Part shown: positions 22,543 through 34,804 of the stretch, in pieces
Layout: each line of letters begins with the position of its first letter
How positions within the stretch are numbered: position 1 is the first letter of the stretch
Assembly: GCA_013265495.1 (NCBI GenBank)
Contig: MU058844.1
Coordinates: 11,368,184 to 11,432,183 of the forward strand
Source: Vicugna vicugna
Taxonomy: Eukaryota
Reading direction: 5' to 3'
DNA: 64,000 nucleotides
Position numbers and translations under genes: made by a program
Notes under the pieces: model-generated
Told to the model about the DNA's origin: nothing
Databases searched by the model: none
The model's input: only the letters and a program-made list of their open reading frames with translations

Positions 22543-22887
22543 CAGAAGTTGGCAAATTTTATTTGTGAAGGCCTAGATAGTAAATATTTTAGGTATTGTG
22601 GCCATATGGTCTCTGTTTCAATTCCTGAACTCTGCCATTACAGCATGAAATCAGGCATAGACAATACGCAAATGAATGCACATGGCTGTGTTCCAATAAA
22701 ACTTTACTCATGGACCCTGAAATTTGAATTTTATATAATTTTCATGTGTCATGAAATATTATTCTTTTGATTTTGTTCAACCATTTAAAAACGTTTTTTA
22801 AAAATTGCTTCCTTCATGGGCAATACAAAATTGGATGGGGGATGATCAGTCAGATTTGGCCCATGGGACATCATATGCCAACCTCTG
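22543..22887. mobile_element. hAT-Charlie MITE, MER58B-like
   Basis: Termini cagaagttggcaaa / atgccaacctctg. Internal tagtaaatattttagg, ggctgtgttccaataaaacttta. Confidence 0.85.
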
Positions 22888-23483
22888 CTATGTGTAGGTT
22901 ACAGGAAGTACCGTGTAAGGACTATCCTATTATCCACCAAAGCCATGCTGAAGAGAACCAAGTTACGTTACAGAATTAGAAGAGGAAAGAATATCTTAAC
23001 GTTTGCACAGATAAAAGGAGAAGGCGGGGTTACTGGATTGATTTTGCATGTACCAGAAACCACAGGAATTTTTTTATATATATATCCATAGGGATGAATA
23101 CCATCAAATTTTATTATAAATATTTTGATGCTAGTAGTTTTTTTTTCATGGGTTTTTCTTTTTAAATGCAAGAGATGAAACTGAGACAGAAGGTGGAGAC
23201 GAATTCACAGATGTTAGCTAATTCTGCAGAGGTTTCCATTGCCCTGCCCAATGGGCAGTAGGTGAATGAGCTGGTGAGACTGGAAAGAGAAGTCTCTGCC
23301 TTGGAAGAGCTGAATAACAGAGGAGGTTTGTTACTGACCTTTTTCCCCCTCTTCCACTTTTGTCCATTAATCCCTGACCTCATACAGCTTACAGTCTAGT
23401 AGGGAAAACAGGCTTTAAGCAAACAGATAAGTCACTGGAAAATGCGAAAAGACTCCAAAATAAAGGACAGGTACACGAGAAGA

Positions 23484-23640
23484 GTGTTTCTCAAATTTAA
23501 GCATGCATGAGTAATCTGAGGAGCCTGTTAAAAGGCATCATTAATTCAGTAGGTCTGGGTGACACCTACATTCTGCATTGCTTACAAGTTGCTTGGTGAT
23601 GCTGGCATTCATGGTCCTTGGGCCACATTTCACTAACATG
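23484..23640. mobile_element. MER5A-like hAT MITE
   Basis: gtgtttctcaaattt...attcagtaggtctggg...ttctgcattgcttacaagttgcttggtgatgctg...ggccacattt. Confidence 0.75.
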
Positions 23641-24679
23641 CAGGGTTCACAACAGCAGGGATCGTTATCTGATTCTGTCTCTTTGGCTCGTGGATGTATC
23701 TGAAGTACCTAGAATAGTGCTTAGCACATAATAGGAACTCAATAAATACCTTCTGAATAAAGAAAGCTGACATAGGAGAAAATGACATGGAGGGATATAT
23801 CATTTAGACTGAGGTATCAAAATGAAGTCTCTGATGGAGAAATATTTTAGATGAAGATATACCAGAGCCTTCTTACCTTCTGAATGCTGCTATTCTATCT
23901 GTATCCCCTCCATCACTTACTCTCAGCTGTCAGAATGGGTTCTCATAAAAGACCTCAAGTAAAGGTGGGAATAATGGATAATTGTCAAATACGCTGCCTC
24001 TATTGTAACATCTGCATTCCCAACACTGGTGCCTGGAGAAGGAACATCTTCCAAGGAATGGCTTTCTAACAGTGGAGTTTAAGGACTAGTGACAAGCAAG
24101 TAGGGAAATATTTGGTGTCAGTGCCCTTCTGCTTACATCAAACAATAAAACTTACTATCAGTCTCTGCACAGAACTGGTGATACAATCATTAACAATTAT
24201 GAGTCAGTTTTAAAATTAAGGCTGGCATTTATGATTGACACCATTTTCCCTCACAGAGGAACTGATAAAATAATGGATTTTGAGAGTTCCAAAGGATCTA
24301 GGAGATAATCTACTACAACCGCTTTCATAAGGAATTTTTTAGTCCATATCCTGTGTTTACATGGTCATACAATCTGAGCTCCCTCACAGTCAATTCCATT
24401 TTTAGCACCTGGTAAATGATATTAAGTTGTTTAATAATTTCTCTCTTCCTAAAACTTTTATTTACGGGTAGTGGTTCATTTTTCAACAGATATTTTCGTG
24501 CCAGTAATGCACTAGGATGTAGTGTTATAGTCAGTTGTGGGTCTTGCCTGTATCATCCTGCCCTCTGGAACCCATCAGAATAAGTCTGATCCATCCTCCC
24601 TGTGACAGCACATCATAATTTTGGAAGACAGTTATTCTTAAAGATGTGGAAAACTGCCCATTCATCTCTATGAGAAGTT

Positions 24680-25620
24680 ATTTCATTTGGTCACTCTTTC
24701 ACAGCTGCCAAGTGCCTGCTGCTGTCCTAAGCACTGAATATATTGCTCTGCCCAAGATAGACATGGTCCTTGTCTTCATGCAAATGGAAGTTTATTTGGA
24801 AGTATGTGCATTAAAGAAGTTAAAACAATATTGAGTACTATGGGAAGGCAAAAAAAATGATTATATGATGCCATCTAGGGAGTCAGGGAATGGGTTCCTA
24901 ACACACTGACATTTAAATTGGAAGTTGAAAGCACTGAGGTTAACCAGTGTGAGAGAAAGAATAGCCTAAGCCAGGGAACAGCAGGTTCAGAGGACCCACT
25001 GGAGAACGAGAACTCACCTCTGCAACAAAGACGGCTACAGCATAAATGTGGGAAGAGAAAAGTGTTATGAGGCGAACGAGGGAGGTAGTCAAGAACCAGG
25101 TCATAGAGGGCTTGGTAATTTAGTTAGAAGTTTTTGTTCTTTAGCCAAAGGACAAAGAGGAGAAACTGAAGGGTTTTAGCAAGACAGTGACATAATCAGA
25201 TTTGAACACTGTAATGGTTTCAATGTTCTGATTTTAGTGGTCAGAATGGAATGAAAGAGAATAAAGCTGGAGGCAGAGGGATACGTCAGTGTTTCTTCCA
25301 ACACGGCGTGCATGTAAATCACCTGGGGGTCTGTCAAAATGTAGAGCCTACTTATTAGGCGGTTCAGCTGGGGCCTGAGATTCCGTATTCCTAACAAGTT
25401 CCCAAGTGATCCTGAAGCTGATGAATTTGAGTAGCAAGAAGGCACTGGGTGAGAAACGATGGGGACTTGGGGAGGCAACAGCAGGGTGGCTGAAGAGAAG
25501 TAGATGGATGCAGGGGAGTTCTGAAAATAAGACTCAAGAGCAGGTCTTCGTAACCAGTTAGCGTGGGAAATGAGGAAAGATGACTCCCAGATTCCCGGCT
25601 TAACAAACGAAGGATGGAGA
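24680..25620. mobile_element. L2 fragment containing a nested MER5A-like MITE (~25288-25438)
   Basis: agacatggtccttgtcttcatg...aagggttttagcaagacagtgacataatcagatttg...atgactcccagattcccggcttaacaa. Insert cagtgtttcttc...cacctgggg...ggggcctgagattc...ctaacaagttcccaagtgat...tttgagtagcaag. Confidence 0.75.
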
Positions 25621-26829
25621 TTGTGGTTTCTTTACACATATTGTTTATAATTCAAAATAAAACAAAACTCTCCATTGTTTTCAGCTTCTCATATCTAACA
25701 ACTTTTCTCATCAGTTGCCTCTGGTCCATGAAATCTGATGTATGTATTCTAAAACATTTTAAGTGGTTTAGAAAATGTACAAGCTTAAGCATATTGCCCT
25801 GATATGGTATTTGGGTTCTGAAAGACAAATAATCTAGAGATTAGCTTTCTGTCTACATAGCAACGTGCACATTGAGTATCTATACTTGCAAGCGCACAGA
25901 CCTGTGCTCCTACGGTGCCCTGTGGACTTCAATGGCATGAATACCACCCGGGTCTCTTTTGGCTTTCACAGCAGAAGTGGGTAACTAGAGATGAAAAGGC
26001 TCATTTCCTAAATTTTTAATATCAGTGTGCTAGTGATGGTAGGAATCACATTTCTGTGATGGGCTGACATGGTTTTTAACAGCCAGGATTCCTTCCATAC
26101 TCCCACAGCACATCCCCTGGCAGCCTTCTGTTAAACAGAAGAGGTAATTTAAAGGTTTGATTATTATAGATTTTTTGAAGTTTAGTGCACATATGATCAC
26201 AGCCAGCCTTGCTAGAATAGTTGGAGGGAGGAAGGGTGCGAATGCGATGTAAGGAAAACAATGAAACCTCATTTTGAGAGACAGATTTGTTCACTCCTGC
26301 TTGAAATATCACATCCATTTTGTACTTTATGAACAAAGTGTTTATTTGTTGAATATTCAGGCGTAGGATAAATGAGCAGGTCCGAGGTTTGCCAGTTGAC
26401 CTGGAGAGCTGAGATACTCCTGGTTGTGAAGCTCAGAAGAGACTGCTGTTTATGGTATATATTCCATAGTTTTCCATCTACTTAAATAGAAGCTGACAGA
26501 AATTCAAAGTCAATGCCTTCCTTATAAAGTGATCCTCTGTGATGTAATTACAAAATGAAATTTCTTGGCTGAAACGAGATTTTCTCCCCTAGAGTTGACG
26601 TTAAAAAGAAAGAGAGATTACCAATAAAGAGTCTGAGAACCTAGATGAGTAGCAATGAAAGGAATAGAGTCATTTCTTTAATTCTCTTGAATGCTGTTAG
26701 AAAACAGCATCCTTCAGTTGAAACAAGTAATTCAAACAAATCTGCAGGAACTAAGCTAGCCAGCCAGGGCACTGCTAAAGTTCCCGGAGAAGCCAAATGG
26801 TTGTCTACCAGAGAACACATCTTTGTTGC

Positions 26830-27160
26830 ATCTGCCCATCACTCACCAGTATTCTGCTGACAGCTTCTGTGCTGGCCACTTCATTTAGTCCTGGGCTTGT
26901 GGGTAAGCTGAACTCCCCAGCCCCTCTTGCATTTGGATAGGTCCAGTGATTGAGCTCTGGCAATGGAAAATGGATGGAAGTGATGAATGTCTCTTCCAGG
27001 ATTGGCCAGAAACTCCTTCCACAAGCTCCTCCACTTTGTTCTATCTCTTCACTCATTAGATTCCCCACAGCAGAAGATCCAATGGACAACTCTAACACTG
27101 GAGGAGAAGCCAAGGTCTTGAAATCCACTGACCTTTATTTTTAATCACAGCAGCATGACA
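26830..27160 (+). mobile_element. Old MaLR (MLT1-type) LTR fragment
   Basis: cccagcccctcttgcatttgg...gtgattgagctctggcaatggaaaatggatggaagtgatg...tcacagcagcatgac. Confidence 0.6.
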
Positions 27161-27646
27161 CATGACCAACTTAGTCCCTGTGAGCTATGTCTTGTAGCTC
27201 CAGGGCCCATTTTAATTGGATCAAGAGTGAGTAGCATACGTTTGCTGAGCCAACATCCCATCTTCTGCAGCTGACCTCGAGTTGAGGACATGGCAATTTA
27301 AGAGCTTAGAGTAGCCTCCTTTGGTCATATGCAGGCAGAAGTAAATAAAACCAAACTGCTGAAGTGAGGAACCATGCAGAGTTCCCAGGAGAGAGACCAT
27401 GAGACCACAGAAATGTCCTAATACAAAATATGATGGAACAGCTTTGTTTCTTGAAAGTTTGCTATGTCCTGGTTCTCTTTTCTCAGTAAATAAAACTTTT
27501 AACTTAGTCTTCTTCTGATCAAAATTGGGAGTTGAGAAAGTTCCTCCAGCAAGCCTCATAGGAAGGCCATTTATTGCTCTTCCTCCAGAGACTTCAAAAT
27601 TGAACTCATTCTAGTGAAGATTCAAGGGTTTAAATCACACTGTTCC

Positions 27647-28379
27647 ATGGAGAAAAGGGAACCTTCATACACTGCTGGTGAGAATGCAGTTTGCACCCAT
27701 TATGGAAAACAGTATGGAGATTCCTCAAAAGCCTAAAATAGACTTACCATATGATCCAGCAATACCACTCCTGGGTATATATCCAGAGGGAATTCTAATT
27801 TGAAAATATACATGCACCCCAATCTTCATAGCAGCGCTATTTACAACAACCAAGACATGGGAACAACCTAAATGCCCATCAACAGGTGACTGGATAAAGA
27901 AGTTGTGGTTTATTTATACAATGGAATACTACTCAGCTATAAAAAATAATAAAATAATGCCATTTGCAGCAACATGGATGGACCTAGAGATCATTCTATG
28001 TGAAGTAAGCCAGAAAGAGAAAGAGAAATATGATACCACTCATGGGTGGAATAAAAAAAAAAGATGAATTTATTTACAAAACAGAAACAGACTCATAGAC
28101 ATAGAAAATAAACTCATGGTTACCAGTGGGGGAAGGGAGTGGGAAGGGATAAAATGGGAGTTTGAGATTTGCAGATACTAACTACTATATATAAAATGGA
28201 CATCAAAATTTTACTGTGTAGCATAGGGAACTATATTCAGTATCTTGTAGTAACCTATAATGGAAAAGAATATGAAAAAGAATATATGTATGTATATGTA
28301 TGACTGAAACATTATGCTGTACACCAGAAATGGACATAACATTGTAAACTGACTATAATAAAAAAAAATACAACAAAAA
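27647..28379 (+). mobile_element. 5'-truncated L1 with perfect 15-bp TSD
   Basis: L1 ORF2 end and 3'UTR (ggagaaaagggaaccttcatacactgctggtgagaatg...cataacattgtaaactgactataataaaaaaaaa). TSD aaatcacactgttcc at 27632-27646 and 28380-28394. Confidence 0.95.
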
Positions 28380-30167
28380 AAATCACACTGTTCCTATTCA
28401 GTAATTCAGGCCCTTCTTCCTCATGCTCCGCAACAGGGAGCAGGAATCACTATCCCATCTGGACTGCCTGTTGCTTTATTTCAGATCATGCTGTTTGTTC
28501 AGCACAGCAGGGCCCATTAGCTAAATGAAGATCCTCTGGCTTCAGTGGTCGGAAGACAGAAAGAGAGCAAAGTGTTAAAACATTTTGATCATATTCGGGA
28601 AGAAGGACAGAAGTTGTTGGTGCCTCCATGAATCTGGAAGGAACACATCTGAGGCACGTGGACAGGAAAATAAGGCAGAGAAAAAGAAACAAGAGGAAGA
28701 GAAAAGGAAGAAGGCAAACACTATTCTCTCCATCTAATGGGGCTTGTGCTGATGGGTCAAGTTTATCACTGAAGTAGCATCAGAAAGAATTAAGTGGGGG
28801 GGAGGGAACAAGGTTGCTCTTGGAAGCCTCAAGCAGTTCAGTCTTCCTCAAAAGAAATTGAAGTTATGAAGAAAAGATGAGGTTCCTTCTGTGGTTGGGT
28901 CTGGAGCGTTCAGGGAGCCAGGGAGAGGACCAGTTGATAAATGGAGCTTTTCCTGAGCAGAATTTTTAAACTCCGCATCTGAAATGCTATGTATATGGGA
29001 GAAGGAGTGGGAATCTGGAACCTAATAGAAAAGGCAAGTGAAATGAATGTTGCAGGCTCCCTGAAAGGGCCTTTGTGTAGATAATGCAATTTCTACATCA
29101 ACTGGCAAGCCAACCAATCATTCTTCTTAAGTGATATCATGGCAACTCCAATTCTTCTGGACGGTGTTGCCTTTCTCATCTCTGATCTCCCTGTCCCTAG
29201 TTCCTTCTATGCTCAATTTCTCTCTCATGGTGCTACCGGAATGATACATTTACAGCATAAATCTATCTATCTCCTGTGTACAAAAATCTTCAGTGACATT
29301 CACTACTTTGTGACTGAGCAATATCTCCTAATTAGCCCAGCACAAGCTGTCCTTTACATACAGGTTTGGGCCTACATTTTCCTTCTTCCTGACTCTGTGT
29401 GTGACCAAACTGAGCCACTGCCTCTTCCTCTAACATCTGGCAGGTTGCTGTCTAGGGCTGCAGTGCCCTTTCCATTCCCCGCGCTTTAACAAATCATTGG
29501 CAGTCCTTATAGGGTATCTTTAAAGGCTAATCTCAAGTGTTAGTTCTTTTACTGTTCTTTCCCTCCTCTTCACCCCAGGACTTCTGTTTTTAACTGTTGG
29601 TGAATTTGCTAGGCCAGGCACTTCACTCCAGTAACTCATTTTTCTCAAAACAACCCTATGAAGTAGAAGACTCATTATCAACTGCTTTTTTAATTTTAAC
29701 TGAGATACAAGGGACTATTAGTTTCAGGTGTCCAACATGATTCAATATTTGTATAAACTCTGAAATAATAACAAGTCTAGTTAACATCCATCACCAGAGT
29801 TACAGTTCTTTTTCTTGTGATGACAACTAAGATCTATTCTTGTAGCAACTTTCAAATGTGCAACTCAGTATTATTAACTATTATCACTATGTTGTAGGTT
29901 ACGTCCCCATGACTTATTCTATAACTGGAAATTTGTACCTTTTGACTACCTTCATCCATTCTGCCCTCCTCCCACCACACCCACAGCCTCTGGCAACCAC
30001 CAAACTCTTCTCTGTTATCTATGAGCTCACTTTCTGGTTGTTTTGTTTGTTTTCGACTCCACATGTAAGTGAGATCATATGGTATTTTGTCTTTCTGTCT
30101 GAATTACTTCACTTAGCACAGTACCCTCAGGGACCATCCATGTTGTCACAAATGGCAAGATTTCCTT

Positions 30168-30250
30168 CTTTTTTTTTTTTTCTTTTATAAACCACGTTAT
30201 TTATTTATTTTTATTGAAGTATAGTCAGTTTACAATGTTGTGTCAATTTC
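30168..30250 (-). mobile_element. Very short young L1 terminus nested inside the older L1
   Basis: tttttattgaagtatagtcagtttacaatgttgtgtcaatttct is the reverse complement of the terminus seen at ~28330-28360. Confidence 0.8.
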
Positions 30251-30275
30251 TTTTTTATGACTGAATAAATTCCAT

Positions 30276-30301
30276 TGTGTGTGTGTGTGTGTGTGTGTGT
30301 G
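30276..30301. repeat. (TG)n microsatellite
   Basis: About 13 TG units visible directly. Confidence 0.95.
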
Positions 30302-31090
30302 CATGTGTATAAGCTTTTCTTTATCCATTCATCCATCATGAATGAAAGGTCGTGTTCAAGTCTTGGCTATTGCAAATAATGCTGCCTGAACGTGGGGTGC
30401 AGATATCTTCCCAAGTTGGTGCTTTCGTGCCCTTCAGATGAACTGCCAATCATCTGCTTTATAAAGAAACTAGAAAAGTAATCTTTCCAAAGCTACAGAA
30501 ATATTCGAAGGTAGAGCCAAAATTTGGATACCAGCATGCTGGCTCTGGAACCCACTATTCCTACCATGTTGTCTCTTTGCAATTTCTGTTCTGTCCATTG
30601 TTGTCTGTAAACTTGCTTATCACCCCACTAGACTCTAAGCTCATCAAGGCAGATAAATCTTACTTTTCTTTGAACTCCAAGCAGTGATTAGAAATTACAG
30701 TGCATATATGGACTTTTCCTTAATTGAACTGAATAGAGACATGCAGTACTGTTTGGAAGACTATGTATAGAAGGATTTACAATTTTATACAGTGATTAAT
30801 TATTCCCCTGGGGTGCTTCGGAAAAGGTAGACAATTCATTAGCAGATCAATAAAATAACCCACATTTTGTAGTTTAAAAAAAATCTTTTATCTTTATTGT
30901 TCAATCTCTGTGGCATGAATTCTTTCACTTAGTAGGAAATATGAAACTGGAGAGAAGATTTCATTGAATCTTCACTGAAGATTTCGAAGAATCTCTAGAA
31001 AACAAAAATATGACCACATCCCACAATTCATCAAGACAAAATGTTTATTTTCAACATGGCCTTGCACAGCCTTTTAAAATTTTAATTTCT

Positions 31091-31656
31091 GACACCTGCA
31101 CCCCAATGTTCATAGCAGCACTATTTACAATAGCCATGACATGGAAATAGCCTAAATGTCCATCAACAAATGACTGGTTAAAGAAGATGTGGTATATTTA
31201 TACAATGGAATACTATTCACCCATAAAAATTGATAACATAACGCCATTTGCAGCAACATGGATGCTCCTGGGAGAATGTCATTCTAAGTGAAGTAAGCCA
31301 GAAAGAGAAAGAAAAATACCATATGAGATAGCTCATATGTGGAATCTAAAAAACAAAAACAAAAAAACAAAGCATAAACACAAAACAGAAATAGACTCAT
31401 AGACATGGAATACAAACTTGTGGTTGCCAAGGGGGCAGAGGGTGGGAAGGGATAGACAGGATTTCAAAATTGTAGAATAGATAAACAAGATTATACTGTA
31501 TAGCACAAGGAAATATACACAAGATCTTATGTTAACTCCCAGAGAAAAAAATGTGACAATGAGTATATATATGTTCATGTGTAACTGAAAAATTGTGCTC
31601 TACACTGGAATTTGACACAACATTGTAAAATGATTATAAATCAATAAAAAATGTTA
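31091..31656 (+). mobile_element. 5'-truncated young L1 3' end (same subfamily as 46368-47013)
   Basis: gacacctgcaccccaatgttcatagcagc...ctggaatttgacacaacattgtaaaatgattataaatcaataaaaaatg. TSD-like aaaattttaatttct / aaaaatttttttaatttct. Confidence 0.95.
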
Positions 31657-33646
31657 AAAATTTTTTTAATTTCTTATCTTTTGTTATGCTGCTTTCATGG
31701 TATTACCAATGAATACTGCTTCAGTTCGATAAATCTATACAATTTACTATCTCCAGTGTAAAATGGAAACTTAAAGGATTCACTCTAATCTCTTTGACCA
31801 TCATACAAACGACCAGATGTTACTTTGATCCAAATGGTTCTGCTGGCTTTTTCTCATAAAACTGAAATGTGTGACTTTCCCTTCCCTGGCTTCTTTTCAT
31901 GTTTTCCATGTGATGCGATTCTGTTTGTTTTTATATGCCTCACAAGCACATCTCGGCAAGCGTAATAGCATAAGCAGCTTGCAGTCCTCTAAACGAAGGT
32001 CATGGTGGATGCTATCCATTTCACTCATATCTCTTAAAAATAAATGCTGAGCAGTTACTTAATCCTATTACATTTAGTACATGTTTTCAAATGCCTATAA
32101 AATAACAAGTAAAACAAAATTAAAAACATACAGGATTTCTTCAACCTCATCATTTTTTAAACTCTCATTACTTTATCAGATCACTTCATGTGACTGTTTC
32201 ACTTGCTATTTATTGGACACGGTGCTACACAAGCAAGAAAGCGGGTAGAGGCTCTGTTCCCTTAGAAGTGACTGATTACTCAAGTCTTGTTACATCAGAA
32301 TTGTAGCATATTTTCTCCAAAAGGAAGAAACACAGCACATGACTGTGCCAGAGACAAGTTTGCATTGCCTTTTTCCAGAACACTGGACCAGACCATTCTA
32401 TACTTGGAATACTGCACTGCCATCTGGGGGATAAAATTTTAACAGTCATTTGCTGTTGAGCTGGGAGGAAGTAGTGAGATTCCATAACAATCTGAAAATA
32501 AAATGGGAGTGATGAGATTGTTTCTAAGTGTGAGGTTCTACTCCTACACTTTGGATTTTTTTCCCCCCACAGCAAAATACATACACATCTAAATACATTC
32601 CCTTCCTTCAAAATAGGGTTCTGTCATGCCATATCACTTTCTTTGGTGATTACACTTCATTGCCTTTAAGTCATAATTTGAACCCAAATGAGTTTGGGGG
32701 CTCATCCAGGATAAGCCCTTATTTGCAGAGATGGAGGCCCAAATATTGCTACAGTTTGCCCTGTCATATAACTTACTAGTGGTAGATCCAAAAGACACAA
32801 GTCTCCTATCTCCCAGTTAAATGTCCTCATTTCTGCAAGATCTTGTTCCCAATAATACCAGAGTACAGATGCTTCCCAATCTTGTAAAGAACCACTTAGC
32901 CAGTCTCCCAGGAGGAAAACAGGTACAAGCGAGTCAACAATAGTGTTGATTTTAAGGTTCTATTACATACATTGCTTTGGTGGAAGGCAAATAAATAAGA
33001 TATTAAGGTGGAAGAGTGAGTGGCACTGATTTATTTTTGTGCTTATTTTATAGACTAGTGTACTTATCCTTTATTGGTCTTTGTTATTTGTCTCCCATAA
33101 GGTTCAAAGCTGTTCCTGCATTTTAAAAAGAAAAGTAAACACTAAAACAAAAAAAGGTTTGGTCCATACACACTTAATATTATAATTTTTAAGAAATCAC
33201 ATTAATTTGACCTCTATTTAGTACAACAGCTAATCACTGGGTTATTTGAATAGTACAAGTCATACATTATCAAGAAACATAGTTTCATGTAGTCAAGTAT
33301 TTTTCTTTTTTTCTGTTAATTATTTAACTTATTTGCTATATGTAAGCATCAGTAACACTAACTGTTTATTTTACTCAGTAATGTTTATACTGTTCTTATT
33401 CAAAAAGGACTGGGCAGTTTATTGATATGTGCTAAAATTAAATCATCTTTGTTTGCATTAAAATTCAAAAGTCCTAAGTCTTACTCGCCAGTGAATGGGA
33501 TTCCCAAGGGTCTTACCCTTAAGTACAGCGAACAGCTGAGGCTTCCTGTGAATCCCTCCATGGCTTGCTACATCTGCTCAATCCTTTAGGCATAATGGAA
33601 GTCGTCGTGCCAGACAGCTCAAAGATCTTGAATCTGGAATAACTGA

Positions 33647-34172
33647 TGAAGGGAAGGAGGGTTTGCCAGCCCCAAATATGCCCCTTTAGTATAAGGATTA
33701 TCTTAAGCTGGTTATTTTTAAGAAACTGTAGACAAGGGAGATGCTTTGAAAACCAAGTTAAAATTACCATTTCATAAGAGATATTTGCATTTATAAGGGA
33801 AATTCTCCACTGGTGAAGGTGCATCCCGCTCTGTAGTAGGAAGAGGTGGATGACCAAATCCCTAGAAATTCTTATCAATGGAGAAGGCACACACTTTAAT
33901 CTGCAAACCAACCATTCCCTTGTTTATCATGCTTTTCCTGGTAACCTCCCATAATTGCCTCCCCCAAAACTCAACATCTTATGTCTTTAGCTGGAGATGA
34001 TGGTATTTAAGGTAGTGGTTTGGGCCATCTCCTAGGTATCACCCATGAATACAAAAGGTATACATGTTATTAAAGTTCTCTTTGTTTTTCTCTTGTAAAT
34101 GTCTTTTATTCCAAGGGGGTCTCAGCCAAGAACCCAGAAAGGTAAAGGGAAAATTATTTTTCCCTCCCTACA
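33647..34172 (+). mobile_element. ERV1-class solo LTR (MER34/MER39-like)
   Basis: TG...CA termini (tgaagggaagg...ttccctccctaca), ccccaaatatgcc motif, attaaa signal, 4-bp flanks ctga/atga. Confidence 0.8.
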
Positions 34173-34419
34173 ATGACTACAAATCATTGTTAGGAGAGAA
34201 TGCCAGCCTAATTACCAGAGAGAGGCATAGAGTTCATGAGCCTCTGAGCTCCTGAGGTGGCATAAAGAAGAGAAGGCTTATAAGAAATGAATGGACTCAG
34301 ATTAAAAGAATATTTATAGAATTAATACAATGCAAGAGCCTATTCAAATTTTAAAAATGATAACCCACAGCAAAAATAAATTTTGTTAATCACACATATG
34401 CATATACATAAGGTAAGCA

Positions 34420-34790
34420 CTCTGTTCATATGCTGTAACAGAGCCCTATTATATAACGATGATTCAAATAAGAAAGAAGTTCATTTCTCCCAGGTAAAAT
34501 TCCAAATAGGAGGCCCAGGCCTGCGATGCCTATCTACGCTCTTTCTCGCTTGGTGTCCTGCCTTCCTGATCAGATCAGTTTTTTGTCTAAGACAGATACT
34601 TTTCTTCGTAGCATTATGCCCGCACTCAAATAGTGAAAAAAAGGAAAAAGGAGAAGGACACACCTCTCCTCTTAAAGGGCACTTCAGTTCAGATCCCACA
34701 GGTAGGAATTAGCCATGTAGCTACATCCAGATGCCAAAGAGAGGGGAAAATACAGGCGTCAGCTGGGTGGCCATGTGCCAAATCAATCTA
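34420..34790 (-). mobile_element. Old MLT1-type LTR fragment
   Basis: gctgtaacag...aagaagttcatttctc...gaattagccatgtagctacatccagatgccaaagagaggggaaaatacagg. Confidence 0.55.
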
Positions 34791-34804
34791 TTACATGTAA
34801 AATG

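Larger units (their letters stand above)
29689..30448 (-). mobile_element. Older L1 3' end inserted into a MIR (~29600-29688, resuming ~30460-30570)
   Basis: Reverse L1 3'UTR (ctctggcaaccacc...ctccacatgtaagtgagatcatatggtattt...ttggctattgcaaataatgctg). TSD atcaactgcttt (29677-29688) / atcatctgcttt (30449-30460). Confidence 0.9.

Noticed and set aside
33519..33911. 130-aa minus-strand ORF
   Set aside because: Mostly antisense to an ERV1 solo LTR, non-ATG start.
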